A stretch of 33,120 nucleotides of DNA from a virus. Lineage: Duplodnaviria > Caudoviricetes. Made by a program: the position numbers and the translations under genes. The DNA lies in the IMG/VR virus record IMGVR_UViG_3300012348_000069, positions 1-33,120 of that record; one strand, 5' to 3'. Under the pieces are notes generated by a model. It worked only from the letters and a program-made list of their open reading frames with translations. It ran no database searches and was not told where the DNA came from. Positions 27,901-33,120 of this stretch are shown here, piece after piece. Position 1 is the first letter of the stretch. Each line of letters opens with the position of its first letter.

Positions 27901-27915
27901 GAATAAACATTTAAA

Positions 27916-28350
27916 ATGAAATACATTAATTATTTTTTTGCTTCATTAATTTTATTATTTGTACCTATCTACGGTTTATTAATAGCCGTAGGTAGTGCAA
28001 TAATTTTAGATACTTTCACAGGTATATTTAAAAGCATAAAGTTAGAAGGTATAGAATCAATAAGAAGTAGAAAATTGAGTAATGTAATATCTAAAATGGC
28101 ATTATACGAAATATGTATAGTGTTCCTTTTTTTAATTGACAAATTTGTTTTAAACGAGTTTATCCAACACGCTTTTGGATTCGGTTTTATGTTTACTAAA
28201 ATATGCGCTATTCTTTTAATCTTTGTTGAATTAGTATCTATTAAAGAAAACATTGAAGCATCATTTAAAATTGATATTTGGCAATTATTAAAAACAGCAT
28301 TTAACAGGGCTAAAGAAATAAAAGCAGACTTCAATGAAATTAAGCGATAA
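27916..28350 (+). CDS. Holin
   Basis: Multiple TM helices, DTFTG, ELVSIKEN; overlaps endolysin. Confidence 0.8.
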   Translation: MKYINYFFASLILLFVPIYGLLIAVGSAIILDTFTGIFKSIKLEGIESIRSRKLSNVISKMALYEICIVFLFLIDKFVLNEFIQHAFGFGFMFTKICAILLIFVELVSIKENIEASFKIDIWQLLKTAFNRAKEIKADFNEIKR

Positions 28351-28783
28351 AGGTTACGAGTTAATAAAAAAGTTTGAAGGGTATAGTGATAGACCTTACA
28401 AATGTCCTGCAGGTATTTCTACTATTGGGTATGGTAACACATATTATCCTAATGGAACTAAAGTTAAAATTACAGACAAACAAATTACAAGAGAATACGC
28501 TAATGAAATATTAGCACATACTGCAGACGAATTTGCTGCTGATGTGTTAAAACTTGTTAAAACAAACATAACTGTAAACCAACTAAACGCTTTAACTGCA
28601 TTTGCTTATAATGTAGGTATGGGTAACTTTCAAAAATCTACTTTGTTAAAATTGGTTAACATCAACCCAAATGATGGTAATATAGCTAAAGAGTTTTTAA
28701 AGTGGAATAAAGCAAATGGTAAAGTCTTAAATGGTTTAACAAATAGACGTATTGCTGAATCAGCATTATACTTTACAAAATGA
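28334..28783 (+). CDS. Endolysin, GH24 lysozyme
   Basis: FEG-x-YKCPAGISTIGYG (E-x8-C-x5-T), YNVG, STLLK, GLTNRRIAE. Confidence 0.92.
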   Translation: MKLSDKGYELIKKFEGYSDRPYKCPAGISTIGYGNTYYPNGTKVKITDKQITREYANEILAHTADEFAADVLKLVKTNITVNQLNALTAFAYNVGMGNFQKSTLLKLVNINPNDGNIAKEFLKWNKANGKVLNGLTNRRIAESALYFTK

Positions 28784-29232
28784 AATATTTAGCTTTACTT
28801 TTATTAATTACTTCTTGTGCTTCAAGAAAGGTAGATGTTTCTAAAATAGAAACTAAAACCAATACAGATTCTACAGCTATCACAAAAATAGATAGCACTT
28901 CAATTATAAACAAAAATGTTTATTTTACAGAAAATACTACAGAATTAGAAATTAAACCATTGAATGATAGTTTACCTATTGTAATAGATGGCACAAGCTA
29001 TTTTAACGTTGTTTTAAAGTACAAAAAACACAATAAGGTAATTGTAGATACTTCAACTAAAAAGGTATCTAAAAACGTTTTAAAACAAGTTTCTAAATCA
29101 AAGCAAGAAACTAAAAATGTAAAAGAAAAGCACATAGATAAAAAAGCTAATTACTTTGTTTATTTGTGGCTTCTACTTATTCCAATAGGAATGTATATCT
29201 ATAGACAAATTAAAAATAAATTATTTCTGTAA
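28780..29232 (+). CDS. Unimolecular spanin candidate
   Basis: Lipoprotein signal LLITSC plus C-terminal TM helix; after endolysin. Confidence 0.7.
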   Translation: MKYLALLLLITSCASRKVDVSKIETKTNTDSTAITKIDSTSIINKNVYFTENTTELEIKPLNDSLPIVIDGTSYFNVVLKYKKHNKVIVDTSTKKVSKNVLKQVSKSKQETKNVKEKHIDKKANYFVYLWLLLIPIGMYIYRQIKNKLFL

Positions 29233-29369
29233 TGGCTAAAAAACAAACTGAAGTATCTGCTAAATTAGATGTTAAAATATCAAGACCTTGTGTACATTCA
29301 AAGTCTAAAACTTCATCACTTAAAAGCAGTAAAAACTACAAGAAAAAATACGCAGGTCAGGGTAGATAA
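29232..29369 (+). CDS. 45-aa highly basic peptide ending KKYAGQGR (not in ORF track)
   Basis: TAATG coupling to the spanin gene. Confidence 0.7.
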   Translation: MAKKQTEVSAKLDVKISRPCVHSKSKTSSLKSSKNYKKKYAGQGR

Positions 29370-29560
29370 GTTTGCACAATTCGCCTTGTTGTAATTCTTT
29401 GTTCTTGTTTACTTATTTAGTTGTATTTCAAATCTTATTTTGATTTTGTCTATTTATTTAATTCTTTTTTTAAAAATTAAAATGTTTAAGTTTTGAGAAA
29501 AAGGCAAAGTTAGTTGTTTTTTTCGACATAGTAAATAGATAAAAACTCAAAGTTATTTAC

Positions 29561-29589
29561 AAATTGTTAATATCTATTAATTACATTTG
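29561..29589 (+). promoter_or_regulatory. Bacteroidota promoter, near copy of 1945-1973
   Basis: aaattgttaata...ttaattacatttg. Confidence 0.6.
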
Positions 29590-29592
29590 AAT

Positions 29593-29988
29593 ATGGAAAA
29601 GAAACCTAAAAAACCTACACGCAAATCATTAATAGAAAAGCTTGATAAAGTTTTTTCTATATATATAAGAACAAGGTATGCTATAGATGAAATTGCAGAA
29701 TGTTATACTTGTGGTAAAAAAGACCATTACAAGAAACTACAAGCAGGGCATTTCGCATCACGTAGACACTACTCAACACGTTGGAATGAATACAATGTGC
29801 AAGTTCAATGTTATGGGTGTAATATTGCCAATCAGGGAATGCAGTTTCAATTCGGTAAAAACCTTTGTTTACAATATGGTGATAACTTTGCAGATGAACT
29901 GATGATTCAATCCAAACAAATACGTAAATTTGACGATATAGAAATAGCAGATATGATTGCTTACTATTCAGGTCTTATTTCTTCTTGA
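29593..29988 (+). CDS. ninG: NinG/Rap-like recombination endonuclease
   Basis: LDKVFSIYIR, CYTCG, AGHF, TRWNEYNVQVQCYGCN. Confidence 0.8.
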   Translation: MEKKPKKPTRKSLIEKLDKVFSIYIRTRYAIDEIAECYTCGKKDHYKKLQAGHFASRRHYSTRWNEYNVQVQCYGCNIANQGMQFQFGKNLCLQYGDNFADELMIQSKQIRKFDDIEIADMIAYYSGLISS

Positions 29989-30030
29989 CATTTCTTTTCT
30001 GATGATTCTCTTTATAATTTGGTTAATGTT

Positions 30031-30060
30031 GGGGCTACTTTAAACGGTAGCCCTTTTTTT
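30031..30060 (+). terminator. Intrinsic terminator
   Basis: gggctac...gtagccc plus T tract. Confidence 0.85.
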
Positions 30061-30100
30061 GGCAAAAGTGTTAAAATTATGTTAAAAAATGAAATCATAG

Positions 30101-30130
30101 TTGCATATTAAAAAACGTGTTATATATTTG
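30101..30130 (+). promoter_or_regulatory. Bacteroidota sigma-A promoter (early operon)
   Basis: TTG at 30101 and TATATTTG at 30123-30130. Confidence 0.7.
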
Positions 30131-30173
30131 CTTCATCAAACAATAACAAATAACAATTTTAAAAACAGAAATT

Positions 30174-30284
30174 ATGTCAAGAGAAGAAAAACAATTTAGA
30201 AACGATGCAAAAAACTTTTGTGTATTTATTGGAATGATTGCTTTATCAGCTTTCATAGTAGTAAACTTTATATTAGTAAAATAA
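30174..30284 (+). CDS. 36-aa membrane peptide (not in ORF track)
   Basis: MSREEKQFRNDAKNFCVFIGMIALSAFIVVNFILVK*. Confidence 0.6.
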   Translation: MSREEKQFRNDAKNFCVFIGMIALSAFIVVNFILVK

Positions 30285-30285
30285 G

Positions 30286-30525
30286 ATGAAAGATAAAAAA
30301 TTAACTGCAGTAGAATTTATAGAAAAAGCATATAATGATATTTGTTTTAATAATATGACTTATGGAATAGGTATTAGTAAAGACTTTATTCCTAATTTAT
30401 TTAAACTTGCTAAAGAAATAGAAAAAGAAAATATTGGATATTTTGCAACTAAATGTTGTTTAATGACAATTCAAGAAAAAGATTGGAGTATGGAAGAATT
30501 TTATAACGAAACATTTAAGAAATAA
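30286..30525 (+). CDS. TAVE-family small protein (copy 3)
   Basis: TAVEFI...FKLAKEIEKENI...EEFYNETFKK. Confidence 0.8.
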   Translation: MKDKKLTAVEFIEKAYNDICFNNMTYGIGISKDFIPNLFKLAKEIEKENIGYFATKCCLMTIQEKDWSMEEFYNETFKK

Positions 30526-30528
30526 TAT

Positions 30529-30708
30529 ATGAAAGATTTAATCGACTTTAACAGATTTCAAATAGAAGCACTACAAGCGGAAATTTGCAAACTAAAACAG
30601 GAAAACAATTTACTATCTACATATTGCTTTGAAGCATTAGAAGAAGGAATTACACAAGAGTACAAAACATTAATCAAACAACAAATTTACCAATTAAAAC
30701 AAAATTAA
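30529..30708 (+). CDS. Small coiled-coil protein (59 aa, not in ORF track)
   Basis: MKDLIDFNRFQIEALQAEI...QLKQN*. Confidence 0.65.
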   Translation: MKDLIDFNRFQIEALQAEICKLKQENNLLSTYCFEALEEGITQEYKTLIKQQIYQLKQN

Positions 30709-30710
30709 TT

Positions 30711-31289
30711 ATGAAAGAGTTATCATTAAACGAAAAATTAAGCAGAATTCAAATTGAATTCAAAGCAAACAAGTCAAGGTTCAATAGCTTTGGAAAATAT
30801 AACTTTAGAAGTGCTGAAGATATATTAGAAGGTTTAAAACCATTCAACGAAAAGTATGGTGTATCTTTTACCATTACAGAAAGATTAATTAACGTAGGTT
30901 CAGATTTACCTATAATGGAATCTACTGCTACAGTATATGACAACAATGGAATTAATGAACTATCAGCTATTGCTATTGTAGGTGTAGACTTAAATCAAAA
31001 AGGAATGCAAGTGCCACAACAATTTGGTTCAGCTTCTTCTTATGCTAAAAAGTATGCTTTAGGTAACCTATTGTTAATTGACGACACACAAGATGCTGAT
31101 GCTGTAAACAAACACGATAGCGGTATCAAAATAGCTGATTTAGTTGACGATAAAAAATGGTTAAATAAAAATACACCTGAATTTACTAAATCAATTGAAT
31201 ACTTAAAAAGTGGTGGAAATATAGAAGCTATTGAAAAAAAGTATAAATTAGCCAAAGCCGTAAAAGACGAATTGTTAAAAGTAAAATAA
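30711..31289 (+). CDS. erf: ERF-family ssDNA-annealing recombinase
   Basis: FNSFGKYNFRSAEDIL, QQFGSASSYAKKYALGNLLLIDD.QDAD. Confidence 0.9.
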   Translation: MKELSLNEKLSRIQIEFKANKSRFNSFGKYNFRSAEDILEGLKPFNEKYGVSFTITERLINVGSDLPIMESTATVYDNNGINELSAIAIVGVDLNQKGMQVPQQFGSASSYAKKYALGNLLLIDDTQDADAVNKHDSGIKIADLVDDKKWLNKNTPEFTKSIEYLKSGGNIEAIEKKYKLAKAVKDELLKVK

Positions 31290-31296
31290 ATAAAAT

Positions 31297-32064
31297 ATGA
31301 GAAACATACACGTATTACCAACAGACAAACCAAGTAGACTAATTCAAGCTAAAAATGATATATTAATATTATTGATTGAATTAGCAGAGAACAATGAATT
31401 TAACCTCAATAAACACATCTACATCACTTCTGATGAAGAAATTAAATATGGTTATGCTTTTCACTTAAAAACACAAGAAGTTTTAAAAGTAAAAGGAGTT
31501 GGAGAAAAATCAAACGAAATATTCCACTCTAAAGGATTTAGTTATTCTGCTGAATGTAAAAAAATCATCCTAACAACAGACCAAGACTTAATCAAAGATG
31601 GTGTACAAGCTATTGATGATGGGTTTTTAGAATGGTTTATTAAGAATCCTAAAAGTGAGAATGTATATGTTTACAAAGAATATAAACAAGTAAACCAGAA
31701 TAATCCCGTTACAAGGGGAAGTACTGCATTAGCTTTCTCTCACTATGAAGTTCAATCGCTTGACCTTTCATCGCCAATAGGAACCAATGAAAAAGAAATT
31801 ATGGCAAATTTACCAAATGGTGATGATTTTTTCAAACAAGAAACACTTGAAGAAGCTATTAAACAAGAATTAGAAAATCATTTCTTTTCTAATATTTCAG
31901 AGATAAAACAAGCTGAATACTTTATAAATTTTGGTGCTAAATGGCAACAAGAACAAGACAAGAATAAGTTTAGTGAGGAAGAAGTTCTTGAATTATTAAT
32001 TAAATGTCCTTATGTACTTCCTACTGATATAAAAAATTGGTTTGAACAATTTAAAAAGAAATAA
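31297..32064 (+). CDS. Mosaic hypothetical protein (first cassette gene)
   Basis: NIHVLPTDKPSRL, HIYITSDEEIK, CKKIILTTDQDL, KQETLEEA..GAKWQQE, WFEQFKKK. Confidence 0.8.
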   Translation: MRNIHVLPTDKPSRLIQAKNDILILLIELAENNEFNLNKHIYITSDEEIKYGYAFHLKTQEVLKVKGVGEKSNEIFHSKGFSYSAECKKIILTTDQDLIKDGVQAIDDGFLEWFIKNPKSENVYVYKEYKQVNQNNPVTRGSTALAFSHYEVQSLDLSSPIGTNEKEIMANLPNGDDFFKQETLEEAIKQELENHFFSNISEIKQAEYFINFGAKWQQEQDKNKFSEEEVLELLIKCPYVLPTDIKNWFEQFKKK

Positions 32065-32067
32065 GAT

Positions 32068-32295
32068 ATGGCTAAAAAAATTATAAAAGAAAATAATTTA
32101 AATGTAATGTATAACCATACAGGAACTACAAGTTTTTCAGGTTGCCAATGTTTTAAGGATTGTTCTTGTAATGAAGATTTTAAACCAAATAATTATAATT
32201 ATTACACAGTTAAAAGAAAAAACAAAAAAACAACATTTCATCAAACTTTAGAAGAAGCTAATACAAGATGGGATTTTTTAAATAATTTAATATAA
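32068..32295 (+). CDS. Small Cys-containing hypothetical protein
   Basis: CQCFKDCSC motif. Confidence 0.7.
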   Translation: MAKKIIKENNLNVMYNHTGTTSFSGCQCFKDCSCNEDFKPNNYNYYTVKRKNKKTTFHQTLEEANTRWDFLNNLI

Positions 32296-32308
32296 AAATA
32301 AATATATT

Positions 32309-32458
32309 ATGGAAAAAGAAACAAGAGAGTTTGTCTATTGGTTAATGGATAACTGTGAATTAATTAAAGATGAAGAAACTGGAGAAAATGTACTTTGGAG
32401 GTATAAATCAGAAGATTATTCAGTTGATGGGTTATTTGAACAATTTAAAAACAAATAA
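32309..32458 (+). CDS. 49-aa hypothetical protein (not in ORF track)
   Basis: MEKETREFVYWL...LFEQFKNK*; ends in junction repeat. Confidence 0.7.
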   Translation: MEKETREFVYWLMDNCELIKDEETGENVLWRYKSEDYSVDGLFEQFKNK

Positions 32459-32461
32459 GAT

Positions 32462-32671
32462 ATGAAAACAGCAGTAGAATGGTTAAAGTATGAATTAGAT
32501 ACTGAATTAGAATTATATAATAGCCAATGGGATAAAATAAATAAAATTTTAGAACAAGCCAAAGAAATGGAAAAGCAACAGATAATTAATGCTTGGAATG
32601 ATGTAAAAATTTGTGATTCAGGATATAAAGACGCACAACAATACTATAACGAAACATTTAAAAACAAATAA
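32462..32671 (+). CDS. TAVE-family small protein (copy 4)
   Basis: TAVEWL...LEQAKEMEKQQIINAW...AQQYYNETFKNK. Confidence 0.8.
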   Translation: MKTAVEWLKYELDTELELYNSQWDKINKILEQAKEMEKQQIINAWNDVKICDSGYKDAQQYYNETFKNK

Positions 32672-32674
32672 GAT

Positions 32675-32830
32675 ATGTTAGACGAAATAAAAAAATGGTG
32701 GAATAGAAAATGGTCTAATTGGGAAATTGAAAGAGAGTATTTTAGTTGGGCTAATTTTACTACCTGTATAGTTCTAAAAAGAACTTCAAATGATGGGTTA
32801 ATTGAATTTAAAGAAGTTAAAAAGAAATAA
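32675..32830 (+). CDS. 51-aa Trp-rich hypothetical protein (not in ORF track)
   Basis: MLDEIKKWWNRKWSNW...EVKKK*; flanked by junction repeats. Confidence 0.7.
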   Translation: MLDEIKKWWNRKWSNWEIEREYFSWANFTTCIVLKRTSNDGLIEFKEVKKK

Positions 32831-32833
32831 GAT

Positions 32834-33040
32834 ATGAAAAAAATAACAAGGTCAGTAATTAAGTTATCAGAAATCCCTGAACACTTACAAAGGAACAAAA
32901 TATTTAACGGACATAAAACACATACTTATGCAGAATTTCATATAGATAATTATGAAGAAGATGATTTAAGTTTATGGTTAATTAGTAAATATCCAACAAT
33001 AAAAAGAAAAATAAGTTTTTTAATTCATATTGATAAATAA
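32834..33040 (+). CDS. Hypothetical protein (last cassette gene)
   Basis: 68-aa ORF starting in junction repeat. Confidence 0.7.
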   Translation: MKKITRSVIKLSEIPEHLQRNKIFNGHKTHTYAEFHIDNYEEDDLSLWLISKYPTIKRKISFLIHIDK

Positions 33041-33090
33041 ACAGGGTAGCCGAAAACTGAATAGAGTAGGCAAAGTAAAAAACAAATATT

Positions 33091-33120
33091 ATGAGTGCAT
33101 TAATTAATGTAAGTTTAAGA
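33091..33120 (+). CDS. 5' end of SSB gene (repeat of 145..174)
   Basis: MSALINVSLR, identical DNA. Confidence 0.9.
   Translation, partial: MSALINVSLR

Larger units (their letters stand above)
32041..32836 (+). repeat. Four dispersed copies of stop/start junction repeat TTAAAAA[C/G]AAATAAGATATG
   Basis: 32041-32070 vs 32435-32464 match at 29/30; 32656-32677 identical to 32443-32464; 32817-32836 identical to 32051-32070. Confidence 0.9.

Noticed and set aside
5440-32671. Diversity-generating retroelement as source of TAVE variation
   Set aside because: No reverse transcriptase; differences are not adenine-specific and include length changes.
32041-32836. CRISPR array interpretation of the junction repeats
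   Set aside because: Spacing is irregular (394, 213, 159 bp), the spacers are intact ORFs, the repeat is not palindromic and there are no cas genes.
559-32898. Minus-strand ORFs in the track other than the two HNH genes (e.g. 559, 1016, 4513, 8328, 18337, 27969, 31040, 32644)
   Set aside because: Antisense shadows of well-supported plus-strand genes, with Phe/Ser/Ile-biased composition and no motifs.
31290-33065. Classical integron
   Set aside because: No tyrosine integrase in the genome and no attC-like inverted repeats.
1-33120. Lysogeny module, tRNAs or alternative genetic code
   Set aside because: No integrase, repressor or cloverleaf recognised; genes tile densely under code 11 using all three stop codons.

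Overview
Essentially complete (~31-33 kb), AT-rich, tailed dsDNA phage genome. The host is probably Bacteroidota/Flavobacteriaceae, based on TAnnTTTG promoters and a DLPF-tailed SSB. Gene order: SSB, HNH, AAA helicase, phage sigma factor, small early genes, RecE-like nuclease, TerS/TerL, tail assembly chaperone with a -1 frameshift, tail genes, short tape measure, XkdF-type protease, scaffold, MCP, major tail, portal, adaptor, tail fibre, holin/lysozyme/u-spanin, NinG, ERF. No integrase, repressor, DNA polymerase or tRNA was recognised. Four homing-endonuclease-like genes sit beside terminators. The contig closes on itself through two exact 55-bp overlaps (1-55 = 31204-31258; 120-174 = 33066-33120). 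It therefore carries two alleles of the ERF-SSB junction, one empty and one with a ~1.8-kb array of small genes. The array genes are joined by a shared 20-30-bp stop/start repeat (TTAAAAA[C/G]AAATAAGATATG). One of them belongs to a four-copy TAVE..AKE.EK..YYNETF family with conserved anchors and variable loops. Together these suggest an integrase-free gene-cassette shuffling system. Product calls rest on motif recognition only; no database searches were run.
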